A DNA stretch of 64,000 nt from contig OX597843.1 of the NCBI GenBank assembly GCA_951406725.2, positions 14,508,001 to 14,572,000 of the forward strand. Direction: 5' to 3'. This document shows positions 13,392 through 25,990 of the stretch, one piece after another (the stretch's first letter is position 1; the number at the start of each line of letters is the position of its first letter). The stretch comes from Octopus vulgaris (taxonomy: Eukaryota). The notes under the pieces are model-generated. The model was not told the origin of the DNA and made no database searches. It saw only the letters and a program-made list of their open reading frames with translations. Both the position numbers and the translations under genes were made by a program.

Positions 13392-16300
13392 CAGGTCTAG
13401 CTACCATGTAGAGGTCTCGCTCATTGGCTCATACATACATATATACATACATAAGAGAGTAGGGTTTTGTTTGAGGGAGATTTCGTTGTTATTTCTACCA
13501 GGTCTAGCTATCATGTAGAGGTCTCCCTCATTCGCTCATACATAAATATATACATACATAAGAGAGTAGGGTTTTGTTTGAGGGAGATTTGGCTGTTATT
13601 TCTACCAGGTCTGGCAACCATGTAGTGGTCTCCTCATTGGCTCATTCATACATATATACATATATAAGAGAGTCGGGTGTTGTTAGAGGGAGATCTGGCT
13701 GTTATTTCTAGCAGGTCTAGCTACCATGTAGAGGTCTCGCTCATTGGCTCATACATACATAAGAGAGTAGGGTGTTGTTTAAGGGAGATTTGGCTGTTAT
13801 TTCTACCAGGTCTAGCTACCATGTAGAGGTCTCGCTCATTGGCTCATACATACATATATACATACATAAGAGAGTAGGGTGTTGTTTGAGGGAGATCTGG
13901 CTTTTTTTTTTGTACCAGGTCTAGCTACCATGTAGAGGTCTCCCTCATTGGCTCATTCATACATATATACATACATAAGAGAGTAGGGTTTTGTTTGAGG
14001 GAGATTTGGGTGTTATTTCTACTAGGTCTGGCTACCATGTAGAGGTCTCCCTCATTGGCTCATTCATACATATATACATACATAAGAGAGTAGGGTGTTG
14101 TTTGAGGGAGATTTAGCTGTTATTTCTACCAGGTCTGGCTACCATGTAGAGGTCTCCCTCATTGGCTCATTCATACATATATACATACATAAGAGAGTAG
14201 GGTGTTGCTTGAGGGAGATCTGGCTGTTATTTCTAGCAGGTCTAGCTACCATGTAGAGGCATCCCTCATTGGCTCATACATACATATATACATACATGAG
14301 AGAGTAGGGTGTTATTTGAGGGAGATCTGGCTGTTACTTCTTGCAGGTCTAGCTACCATGTAGACGTCTCCCTCATCGGCTCATACATACATATATACAT
14401 ACATAAGAGAGTAGGGTGTTGTTTGAGGGAGATATGGCTGTTATTTCTAGCAGGTCTAGCTATCATGTAGAGGTCTCCCTCATTGGGTCATACATACATA
14501 TATACATACATAAGAGAGTAGGGTGTTGTTTGAGGGAGATTTGGCTGTTATTTCTAGCAGGTCTAGCTACCATGTAGAGGTCTCCCTTATTCGCTCATAG
14601 GTACATATATACATACATAAGAGAGTAGGGTGTTGTTTGAGGGAGATTTGGCTGTTATTTCTAGCAGGTCTAGCTATCCATGTAGAGGTCTCCCTCATTG
14701 GCTCATACATATATACATACATAAGAGAGTAGGGTGTTGTTTGAGGGAGATCTGGCTGTTATTTCTACCAGGTCTAGCTACCATGTAGATGTCTCCCTCA
14801 TTGGCTCATACATACATAAGAGAGTAGGGTGTTGTTTAAGGGAGATTTGGCTGTTATTTCTACCAGGTCTAGCTACCATGTAGAGGTCTCGCTCATTGGC
14901 TCATACATACATATATACATACATAAGAGAGTAGGGTGTTGTTTGAGGGAGATTTGGCTGTTATTTCTACCAGGTCTAGCTACCATGTAGAGGTCTCCCT
15001 CATTGGCTCATTCATACATATATACATACATAACAGAGTCGGGTGTTGTTTGAGGGAGATCTGGCTGTTATATCTAGCAGGTCTAGCTACCATGTAGAGG
15101 TCTCGCTCATTGGCTCATACATACATATATACATACATAAGAGACTAGGGTGTTGTTTGAGGGAGATCTGGCTTTTTTTTTGTACCAGGTCTAGCTACCA
15201 TGTAGAGGTCTCCCTCATTGGCTCATTCATACATATATACATACATAAGAGAGTAGGGTGTTGTTTGAGGGAGATTTGGCTGTTATTTCTACTAGGTCTG
15301 GCTACCATGTAGAGGTCTCCCTCATTGGCTCATTCATACATATATACATACATAAGAGAGTAGGGTGTTGTTTGAGGGAGATTTAGCTGTTATTTCTACC
15401 AGGTCTGGCTACCATGTAGAGGTCTCCCTCATTGGCTCATTCATACATATATACAAACATAAGAGAGTAGGGTGTTGTTTAAGGGAGATTTGGCTGTTAT
15501 TTCTAGCAGGTCTAGCTACCATGTAGAGGTCTCCCTCATTGGCTCATACATACATATATACATACATAAGAGAGTAGGATGTTGTTTGAGGGAGATCTGG
15601 CTGTTATTTCTACCAGGACTAGCTACCATGTAGAGGTCTCGCTCATTGGCTCATACATACATATATACATACATAAGAGAGTAGGGTGTTGTTTGAGGGA
15701 GATTTGGCTGTTATTTCTAGCAGGTCTGGCTACCATGTAGAGGTGTCCCTCATTGGCTCATACGTACATATACACATACATAAGAGAGTAGGGTGTTGCT
15801 TGAGGGAGATCTGGCTGTTATTTCTAGCAGGTCTAGCTACCATGTAGAGGCATCCCTCATTGGCTCATACATACATATATACATACATGAGAGAGAGTAG
15901 GGTGTTATTTGAGGGAGATCTGGCTGTTACTTCTTGCAGGTCTAGCTACCACGTAGACGTCTCCCTCATCGGCTCATACATACATATATACATACATAAG
16001 AGAGTAGGGTGTTGTTTGAGGGAGATATGGCTGTTATTTCTAGCAGGTTTAGCTATCATGTAGAGGTCTCCCTCATTGGGTCATACATACATATATACAT
16101 ACATAAGAGAGTAGGGTGTTGTTTGAGGGAGATTTGGCTGTTATTTCTAGCAGGTCTAGCTACCATGTAGAGGTCTCCCTTATTCGCTCATACATACATA
16201 TATACATACATTAGAGAGTAGGGTGTTGTTTGAGGGAGATTTGGCTGTTATTTCTAGCAGGTCTAGCTATCATGTAGAGGTCTCCCTCATTGGCTCATAC

Positions 16301-19300
16301 ATATATACATACATAAGAGAGTAGGGTGTTGTTTGAGGGAGATCTGGCTGTTATTTCTACCAGGTCTAGCTACCATGTAGATGTCTCCCTCATTGGCTCA
16401 TAAATACATATATACATACATAAGAGAGTAGGTTGTTGTTTTGGGAGATTTGGCTGTTATTTCTAGCAGGTCTAGCTATCATGTAGAGGTCTCCCTCATT
16501 GGCTCATACATACATATATACATACGTAAGAGAGTAGGTTGTTGTTTGTGGGAGATTTGGCTGTTATTTCTACCAGTTCTAGCTATCATGTAGAGGTCTC
16601 CCTCTTTGGGTCATACATACATATATACATACAAAAGAGAGTAGGGTGTTGTTTGAGGGAGATCTGGCTGTTATTTCTAGCAGGTCTAGCTACCATGTAG
16701 AGGTCTCCCTCATTGGCTCATACATACATATATACATACATAAGAGAGTAGGGTGTTGTTTGAGGTAGATTTGGCTGTTATTTCTAGCAGATCTAGCTAC
16801 CATGTAGAGGTCTCCCTCATTGGCTCATACATACATATATACATACATAAGAGAGTAGGGTGTTGTTTGAGGGAGATTTGGCTGTTATTTCTAGCAGGTC
16901 TAGCTACCATGTAGAGGTCTCCTCATTGGCTCATACATACATATATACATACATAAGAGAGTAGGGTGTTGTTTGAGGGAGATTTGGCTGTTATTTCTAC
17001 CAGATCTAGCTACCATGTAGAGGATTACCTCATTGGCTCATACATACATATATATATACATAAGAAAGTAGGGTGTTGTTTGAGGGAGATCTGGCTGTAA
17101 TTTCTACCAGGTCTAGCTACCATGTAGAGGTCTCCCTCATTGGCTCATACATACATATAAACATACACAAGGGAGTAGGGTGTTGTTTGAGGGAGATCTG
17201 GCTGTTATATCTAGCAGGTCTAGCTACCATGTAGAGGTCTCCCTTATTGGCTCATACATACATATATACATACATAAGAGAGTAGGGTGTTGTTTGAGGG
17301 AGATCTGGCTGTTATTTCTAACAGGTCTAGCTACCATGTAGAGGTCTCCCTCACTGGCTCATACATACATATATACATACATAAGAGAGTAGGTTGTTGT
17401 TTGTGGGAGATTTGGCTGTTATTTCTAGCAGGTCTAGCTATCATGTAGAGGTCTCCCTCATTGGCTCATACATACATAAGAGAGTAGGGTGTTGTTTAAG
17501 GGAGATTTGGCTGTTATTTCTGGCAGGTCTAGCTACAATGTAGAGGTCTCCCTCATTGGCTCATACATACATATATACATACATAAGAGAGTAGGGTGTT
17601 GTTTGAGGGAGATTTGGCTGTTATTTCTACCAGATCTAGCTACCATGTAGAGGATTACCTCATTGGCTCATACATACATATATACATACATAAGAGAGTA
17701 GGTTTTTTGTTTGTTGGAGATTTGGCTGTTATTTCTACCAGATCTAGCTACCATGTAGAGGTCTCCCTTATTGGCTCATACATACATATATACATACATA
17801 AGAGAGTAGGGTGTTGTTTGAGGGTGATTTGGCTGATATTTCTAGCAGGACTAGCTACCATGTAGAGGTCTCCCTCATTGGCTCATATATACATATATAC
17901 ATACATAAGAGAGTAGGGTGTTGTTTGAGGGAGATTTGGCTGTTATTTCTAGCAGGTCTAGCTACCATGTAGAGGTCTCCCTCATTGGCTCATACATACA
18001 TATATACATACATAAGAGAGTAGGGTGTTGTTTGAAGGAGATTTGGCTGTTATTTCTTGCAGGTCTAGCTACCACGTAGAGGTCTCCCTCATTGGCTCAT
18101 ACATACTTATATACATACATAAGAGAGTAGGGTGTTGTTTGAGGGAGATTTGGCTGTTATTTCTAGCAGGTCTAGCTAACATGTAGATGTCTCCCTCCTT
18201 GGCTCATACATACATAAGAGAGTAGGGTGTTGTTTGAGGGAGATTTGGCTGTTATTTCTAGCAGGTCTAGCTACCATGTAGAGGTCTCCCTCATTGGCTC
18301 ATACATACATAAGAGAGTAGGGTGTTGTTTAAGGGAGATTTGGCTGTTATTTCTAGCAGGTCTAGCTACCATGTAGAGGTCTCCCTCATTGGCTCATACA
18401 TACATATATACATACATAAGAGAGTAGGGTGTTGTTTGAGGGAGATTTGGCTGTTATTTCTAGCAGGTCTAGCTACCATGTAGAGGTCTCCCTCATTGGC
18501 TCATACATACGTATATACATACATAAGAGAGTTGGGTGTTGTTTGAGGGAGATTAGGCTGTTATTTCTACCAGATCTAGCTACCATGTAGAGGTCTCCCT
18601 CATTGGCTCATACATACGTATATACATACATAAGAGAGTAGGTTGTTGTTTGAGGGAGATCTGGCTGTTATTTCTAGCAGGTCTAGCTACCATGTAGAGG
18701 TCTCACTCATTGGCTCATACATACATATATACATACATAAGAGAGTAGGGTGTTGTGTGAGGGAGATTTGGCTGTTATTTCTACCAGGTCTAGCTACTAT
18801 GTAGAGGTCTCCCTCATTGGCTCATACGTACATATACACATACATAAGAGAGTAGGGTGTTGCTTGAGGGAGATCTGGCTGTTATTTCTAGCAGGTCTAG
18901 CTACCATGTAGAGGTCTCCCTCAGTGGCTCATACATACATATATACATACATAAGAGAGTAGGGTGTTGTTTGAGGAAGATCTGGCTGTTATTTCTAGCA
19001 GGTCTAGCTACCATGTAGAGGTATTCCACATTGGCTCATACATACATATATACATACATAAGAGAGTAGGGTGTTGTTTGAGGGAGATGTGGCTGTTATT
19101 TCTAGCAGGTCTAGCTACCATGTAGACGTCTCCCTCATTGGCTCATACATACATATATACATACATAAGAGAGTAGGGTGTTGTTTGAGGGAGATCTGGC
19201 TGTAATTTCTACCAGGTCTAGCTACCATGTAGAGGTCTCCCTCATTGGCTCATACATACATATATACATACATAAGAGAGTAGGGTGTTGTTTGAGGGAG

Positions 19301-19820
19301 ATTTGGCTGTTATTTCTACCAGGTCTAGCTATCATGTAGAGGTCTCCCTCATTGGCTCATATATACATATATACATACATAAGAGAGTAGGGTGTTGTTT
19401 GAGGGAGATTTTGGCTGTTATTTCTAGCAGGTCTAGCTTTCATGTAGAGGTCTCCCTCATTGGCTCATACATACATATATACATACATAAGAGAGTTGGG
19501 TGTTGCTTGAGGGAGATTTGGCTGTTATTTCTAGCAGGTCTAGCTACCATGTAGAGGTCTCCGTCAGTGGCTCATACATACATATATACATACATAAGAG
19601 AGTAGGGTGTTGTTTGAGGGAGATTTGGCTGTTATTTCTAGCAGGTCTAGCTACCATGTAGAGGTCTCCCTCAGTGGCTCATACATACATATATACATAC
19701 ATATATACATACATAAGAGAGTAGGGTGTTGTTTGAGGGAGATTTGGTTGTTATTTCTAGCAGGTCTAGCTATCATGTAGAGGTGTCCCTCATTGGCTCA
19801 TACATACATATATACATACA

Positions 19821-20772
19821 CTAGCAGCATAGCCCGGCATTGCCCGGGTATGTAAGAGCCCCTTGTAGGCAATGACTAATCCCAATCTAGTCCTTTCCCC
19901 CTAGGGAATGAAGGCCCATGTGTAGGTTGCAATGTCTTCTCTTCACTCGAATATTTCTGTGTATACGATGTTCCTAGCTGTACTTTTGGGCGAAAACATG
20001 AAAACATCATTGCGCCTCCCAACGCGTGAACAGCCGACGAAGAGTTGACCGTGGGCGAAGCACTGTTCGCCCAACTGTAACCCATCGACTTGTAGCGTTT
20101 GGCCTTGGGATTTATTGATGGACATTGCGAAGCAGAGTTTAACAGGAAACTGAGAACGCCTGAAGTGGATTGGTAGGTCAGCGCCCGACGGTTGAAGGTG
20201 CATGCGTGGAATGAAGACGTCCTCTCCCTTCCCACAACCGGTAAGTATTGTGGCCGTTATTAAATGTGGTGGCAAATGTTTCACAACCAGATGTGTGCCG
20301 TTGCACTGTTTAGGTGGAACCAAATTCCTGATGAGCATAATGGGCGCACCGACTTTTAACTTCGGGATGTGTGGCGGCAGGCCTGGCGGTTCAAGTGAAT
20401 TCAGGAATTCAACATGATAATCGGCAAGCTCGGCGGGGTCTGCTGTCCTATCAATAGATTTGTAGACGTGGACATCACCAGGAATAGCTTCAAGTAGCTG
20501 GATATTGATGGAGTTGAGAATTAAAAAGGTCGAGTTGCGTCCCCTATACAGTCTGTGGTTTGTGTTTCTGATTCTCGACCCCATGTCGAATTTATCGATT
20601 TTTTTCAGAACTGGGGGAACTTTTCAAAATTTTCGCTGCGTTAGTTTTGAATTATGACATTGGGCTATGTGTGTGTCAAGTTTCATCAGAATCGGTTGAA
20701 AGCCGTGGTCAGGGTGAGGGTACAACCTGACAGACACACAGACAGACAAACTGCCGTTTATATAGAGAGAGA
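19821..20772 (-). mobile_element. Internally deleted Helitron (952 bp) carrying the helicase C-terminus
   Basis: 5' TC, 3' CTAG, subterminal hairpin CCCGG-GCAATG-CCGGG; inserted at CATACA|TAAGAG of a satellite unit with no TSD. Confidence 0.95.
19943..20530 (-). pseudogene. C-terminal fragment of Helitron PIF1-like helicase (RepHel)
   Basis: EFLNSLEPPGLPPH..LKVGAPIMLIRNL..CNGT, QFPVKLCFAMSINKSQGQT (motif V) and HGQLFVGCSRV (motif VI). Rep domain and N-terminal helicase motifs are absent. Confidence 0.9.
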
Positions 20773-21599
20773 TAAGAGAGTAGGGTGTTGTTTGAGGGAG
20801 ATTTGGCTGTTATTTCTAGCAGGTCTAGCTACCATGTAGAGGTCTCCCTCTTTGGCTCATACATACATATATACATACATAAGAGAGTAGGGTGTTGTTT
20901 GAGGGAGATTTGGCTGTTATTTCTAGCAGGTCTAGCTACCATGTAGAGGTATCCCTCATTGGCTCATACATACATATATACATACATAAGAGAGTAGGGT
21001 GTTGTTTGAGGGAGATCTGGCTGTTATTTCTAGCAGGTCTAGCTACTATGTAGAGGTCTCCCTCATTGGCTCATACATACATATATACATACATAAGAGA
21101 GTAGGGTGTTGTTTGAGGGAGATTTGGCTGTTATTTCTAGCTGGTCTAGCTACCATGTAGAGGTTTCCCTCATTGGCTCATACATACATATATACATACA
21201 TAAGAGAGTAGGGTGTTGTTTGAGGGAGATTTGGCTGTTATTTCTAGCAGGTCTAGCTACCATGTAGATGTTTCTGTTATTTCTAGCAGGTCTAGCTATC
21301 ATGTAGAGGTCTCCCTCATTGGCTCATACATACATATATACATACATAAGAGAGTAGGGTGTTGTTTGAGGGAGATTTGGCTGTTATTTCTAGCAGGTCT
21401 AGCTACCATGTAGAGGTCTCCCTCATTGGCTCATACATACATATATACATACATAAGAGAGTAGGGTGTTGTTTGAGGGAGATTTGGCTGTTATTTCTAG
21501 CAGGTCTAGCTACCATGTAGAGGTTTCCCTCATTGGCTCATACATACATATATACATACATAAGAGAGTAGGGTGTGACTTGAGGGAGATTTGGCTGCT

Positions 21600-21851
21600 A
21601 TTTCTACCAGGTCTAGCTACCACGTAGAGGTCTCCCCCACCCCATTGACTCCTAAAAATGAACTTATTGTACAGATTGCTCAGGTGCACTACATATATAT
21701 ACATCCATAAGACAGGGTGTGATTTGAGGGTGAGTTGGCTGTGTGTGTGTGTGTCTCTTAGTCCCCCCCCCCCCCCATCCCTTGCTGCTATCAATTGAGG
21801 CCCAGCTGCGACATTCTTCAAATGTTTATGCAAACAGCTGCACCTCTTCCA
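21600..21851. repeat. Unique flank duplicated in inverted orientation at 35599-35870
   Basis: GCTGCTATCAATTG.GGCCCAGCTGCGACATTCTTCAAATGTTTATGCAAACAGCTGCAC is the reverse complement of 35608-35665; similarity extends over ~250 bp. Confidence 0.92.
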
Positions 21852-22089
21852 TAGAAAGATAGATTTCCTGTAAGGAGAGGGGCTGGGAGGGGGAGGTATG
21901 CAGTGGTGAGGAGGAGGGAGGGGTTAAGGGGGAGAGGGAGGAGGAGGAAGACTGAAAGTGGAATAAAAAAAAGGAAGAAGAAAAGACAAAAAAAAAGTAC
22001 TTTTAAATGGAAAAAAAGCCCAAATAAAATTTGATGTTAGAAAGAAAAATAATGGAAAGAAGGTAAAAGAAGGAAATGGAGAGAAGGAA

Positions 22090-22485
22090 ACGTGGCTGTG
22101 TGGTAAGGAGCTTGTTTACCAACCACATGGTTCTGGGTTCAGTCCCACTGCGTGGCATCTTGGGCAAGTGTCTCCTACTATAGCCTTGGGCCAACCAAAG
22201 CCTTGTGAGTGGATTTGGTAGACGGAAACTGAAAGAAGCCCGTCGTATATATGTATATATATATATGTGTGTGTGTGTGTGTTTGTGTGTCTGTGTTTGT
22301 CCCCCTAGCATTGCTTGACAACCGTTGCTGGTGTGTTTATATCCCCGTCACTTAGTGGTTCGGCAAAAGAGACTGATAGAATAAGTACTGGGCTTACAAA
22401 GAATAAGTCCTGGGGTTGAGTTGCTCGATTAAAGGCAGTGCTCCAGCATGGCCGCAGTCAAATGACTGAAACAAGTAAAAGAGTA
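22090..22485 (+). mobile_element. SINE family A (tRNA-derived, ~390 bp with internal microsatellite)
   Basis: A-box GTGGCTGTGTGG, B-box GGGTTCAGTCCC, tail GGCGGTGCTCCAGCATGGCCGCAGTCAAATGACTGAAACAAGTAAAAGAG. The most abundant repeat in the window. Confidence 0.9.
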
Positions 22486-22561
22486 TATAAAAGGGAAAAG
22501 GGGACAATTACAATGATTTCACATTTTGGCACAAGGCTAGCAATTTTTATTTTTTGAACTA

Positions 22562-23082
22562 CTGTAAATCCTCGAGTATAATCCGCATTTTTTCCCTCAA
22601 AATTTAAAGGTCAATATCCCTAGTGCGTACTATGTACAAGGTTAAAAATGAAAAATATTTTCTAAGCAATGTCCGAGTCTCTATTTGCTGCCCGGCAATG
22701 TTTATTCAGACACATTTTGTGATGTCGGGCACGAAAATACCTTAAGCTAAGCCTGAAAGCAATGAAGCCATAAAAGAATCATCCATAACTTGCAGTAAGC
22801 AACATTTATTAAAATAAAAGTATTCAGAACACAGAATAACATGTAACAAAAACAATTTGCAAACATATTTACATTCCCATATAACAGTTAAGAACATCAC
22901 CATTATTGTATTACACATGCACGGAAGTGTTTGTTCGACTAGGTGCTGCTGGCTTAATTACGCACGACTCAAGTTAGAGAATGGGTGTGTATTATACACA
23001 AGGTTTAGGTTTTTCAGAAGTACAGCCCCCTAAAAATCCAGTCTATTATACTCAAGGGCGGACTATACTTGAGGATTTACGG
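22562..23082. mobile_element. Tc1/mariner-superfamily (Tc2/pogo-like) non-autonomous element
   Basis: 25-bp TIRs C(T/C)GTAAATCCTC(G/A)AGTATA(A/G)TCCGC flanked by TA. Confidence 0.85.
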
Positions 23083-23740
23083 TAATTTTTTTCCCTCCAT
23101 TACTGAGCCCAACTGTAACGCTTTCATGTGATTAGTAGAAGGGAAAGACAAGGAATGAAAGAAAAAGGAGAGAGAAAAAGAGGGTAAGGTGAAGAGTGAG
23201 AGAGAAACAGGGAGAGTGATGTGTATTGAGTCTATAAAATTGTGCATCAAGTATATAAATTGTATATATAAAGTTCATTAAGTAATCATCATATCCCAAT
23301 TTCCTTCACTTTTTAATGATTAGCTAACGAGCGACTATCTTTCCATACAGACACAACACAGGATACACTTTTGGGATAAAGTTTTCAGAAATAACCCAAT
23401 AAGTTTATCATCAATTCTGTGAAATATTCACGGGTCTTGCTAGTAATGATAATAATCCTTTCTACTAAAGGTGCGAGGCCTGAATTTTGGGGGTGGGGAC
23501 TAGTTGATTATACCAAGTGTTTAATTGGTATTTAATTTATCGATCCTAAAAGGATGAAAGGCAAAGCTGACCTCAGTGGAATTTGAACTCAGAACATAAG
23601 GACAGATACACAATAATAAATATTAATAATATAATCCTAAAGTGAAGGCATGTGGACCAGTGGTTAGGGTGTTGCACTCATGAGTGATAGATTGTGGGTT
23701 CAGTTCTGGGACTAGGTAGTGCATTGTATTCTTGAGCAAA

Positions 23741-24403
23741 CCGACCAGGTAAAGGACCTGGGTATCTTGGTGGATTCTTCCTTTTCGCCTTCGGCCCAAT
23801 GCGCCCATGCTGCCAACAAAGCACGCGGAGTTCTGTTCTTGATTCGACGGTCATTCGGAATGCTCACAGCAGCCATATTCCTACCGCTCTATGTCACGCT
23901 GCTGAGACCCATATTGGAGTACGAGATTCAAGCCTCTTCTCCTTATCTCCTCAAAGGCATACATCATCTCGAAAGAGTCCAGAAGCTGGCTACCTGCATG
24001 GTTCTTGGTCTCAAGCATTTGTCTTATGAAGAAAGGCTGAAGACGCTCGACCTTTATTCTCTAGAAAAACAATGATGCCGTGGTGATCTCATTCTTGCTC
24101 ACAACATCATAAGCGGAAAGTGTAACCTCTCGAAAGAGCTATTCTTCACTCCTTCTCCAGAGCGTCTGCTGTGAGGTCACTCCGCAAAGCTCTATCTGTG
24201 ACGATTTCATCTCAATCGAAGGAGAGGGGCTTTCTCCGTCCGGGTTGCGGATCCGTGGAATAAGCGGCCGGACGAGATAGTGAAGATACCGACGACCGCT
24301 CGGTTCAAAGTCTCTCTTGACCACAAATGGCCTGAACTCTTTGCATGACCACCCTCCATGACCTTGCTTTTTGCTTTTTGAGCCAAATAATTAACTTAAC
24401 TTA
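23741..24403 (+). mobile_element. 5'-truncated CR1-group LINE inserted in a SINE
   Basis: KDLGILVDSSFSPSAQC..AANKA..LYVTLLRPILEY..LERVQKLAT..LSYEERLKTLDLYSLEK; (TAACT)n tail. SINE halves at 23645-23740 and 24404-24590. Confidence 0.9.
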
Positions 24404-25559
24404 AAACACTTTGTTTCATGTTGGTCCAGTCCACTCAGCTGTAAGCGGGTCTCCCTGTGACAGACCAACTTTCCGATCAGAGGAAATATTGGCCTGCTTG
24501 TCTAGCCAGCAGAGGGGCATCATTCGAGAGCTAAGATAACATGAAGGGCATTGTGACCAGTGATGTGTAACAACATCTGATAGATATTGTGATACTGTGA
24601 TGATCCTGAGATTTTTTTTTTGTTTGTATCTGGTGGGGAGCTAATCAATAATTCTGACCCCAGTACTTGACTGATTTTTATTTTCATTGACCCTGAAATA
24701 ATGGAAAGTGAAGACAACCTCGGTGGAATTTGAACTCAAAAACATGAACACAGAAGAAATGCCACCAAGCAACTCATCCCACTTGCCAACAATTCTGCCT
24801 TAGTATTATTAACAACAACAACAACAGCAGCCCTTTCTATTTTGGGGGGCAGGGGTAAGTCAATGCTCGTCTGGTACTTTGACCCTGAGAAAATAAAAGG
24901 CAAAGTCGACCTTAGCAGAATTTGAACTCAGAACTTTCTCCTTCAACTAGTCACATGACAGTATAACACATTTGGCCTTAGCGTTTTAAGAGATAGTAAT
25001 CATAATAATAATCCTTTCTTACTGCAGGCACAAGGCCTGAAGTTTTGGGAGAGGAGGCAAGTCATTTACATTGACCCCAGTGCATAGCTGGCACTTATTT
25101 TATTGATCTTGAAAAGGATGAAAGGCAAAGTCGACTTTGGTGGAATTTGAACTCAGAACATAACGTCACCACCCCTAACACCATCATCAACACTACTGTA
25201 ACCATAGAAACACCATTACCATCAACAAAACACACGTGTATATATTTCTTTACTACCCACAAGGGGCTAAACACAGAGGGGACAAACAAGGACAGACAAA
25301 GGGATTAAGTCGATTACATCGACCCCAGTGCGTAACTGGTACTTAATTTATCGACCCCGAAAGGATGAAAGGTAAAGTCGACCTCTGCAGAATTTGTACT
25401 CAGAACGTAACGGCAGACGAAATACTGCTGAGTATTTCGGTATTTTGTCCGGCGTGCTAACGATTCTGCAAGCTCGCCGCCTTACACACACACACACGCG
25501 TATATAAGCAGACATTTCTATAATATATCAGAGACTCTCCTATTGTAGACAACAGAAGA

Positions 25560-25990
25560 AGGTCCCACAACCTGCACAAATGATGTTTCTAGGGACCAAC
25601 TGTATTAGCTCACTCCCTCCATCAAATTGACACTGCTTGTAATGGTGCACGGTGTGCCACATGACAGGTGTCACAGAGCTTTATGAGATAATGGGTTCTG
25701 TATTGCAGCATCAACCAGGCCATCAGGGGCCGTTCTACACCACTGATCACAACGTACTCCCAATTCTGTCTTGATTGTGCCATTCTTTTCCATCTTGAGC
25801 CAAATTGCTTCACTAAATCATCTTCTCATCATCATAGGGGCCTTTTTGAAATCTCTTGGCAACTGCACAGGTCCACCTGTTGTCTGGGAATCTTGCAATG
25901 TGTGACATTGCAGAACCTCTGCATTTTGTATACAGCTATCACATCATCCATTCTCAATTTACCTCATTTTGAGTAAGCTCTCATAATCAG
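25560..25990 (-). mobile_element. Highly decayed RTE-like LINE 3' fragment
   Basis: Remnant peptide KQFGSRWKRMAQSRQNW, similar to the RTE C-terminus at 33840. Confidence 0.5.

Larger units (their letters stand above)
7921..21635. repeat. 107-bp tandem repeat (satellite) array, ~115-120 assembled copies
   Basis: Unit GAGAGTAGGGTGTTGTTTGAGGGAGATTTGGCTGTTATTTCTAGCAGGTCTAGCTACCATGTAGAGGTCTCCCTCATTGGCTCATACATACATATATACATACATAA (period 8068->8175 = 107). A 95-bp variant recurs. Contains an assembly gap, so true length is unknown. Confidence 0.98.

Noticed and set aside
19943-20584. Host PIF1 helicase gene
   Set aside because: Intronless C-terminal fragment bounded by Helitron termini.
11473-21413. 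Repeated ORFs MLFEGDLAVIS...
   Set aside because: Translations of satellite units opened by indels; most units contain stops and there are no splice signals.
7921-21635. CRISPR-like array (hairpin repeat plus linker)
   Set aside because: Linkers are the same microsatellite in every unit, with no unique spacers and no cas genes; eukaryotic context.
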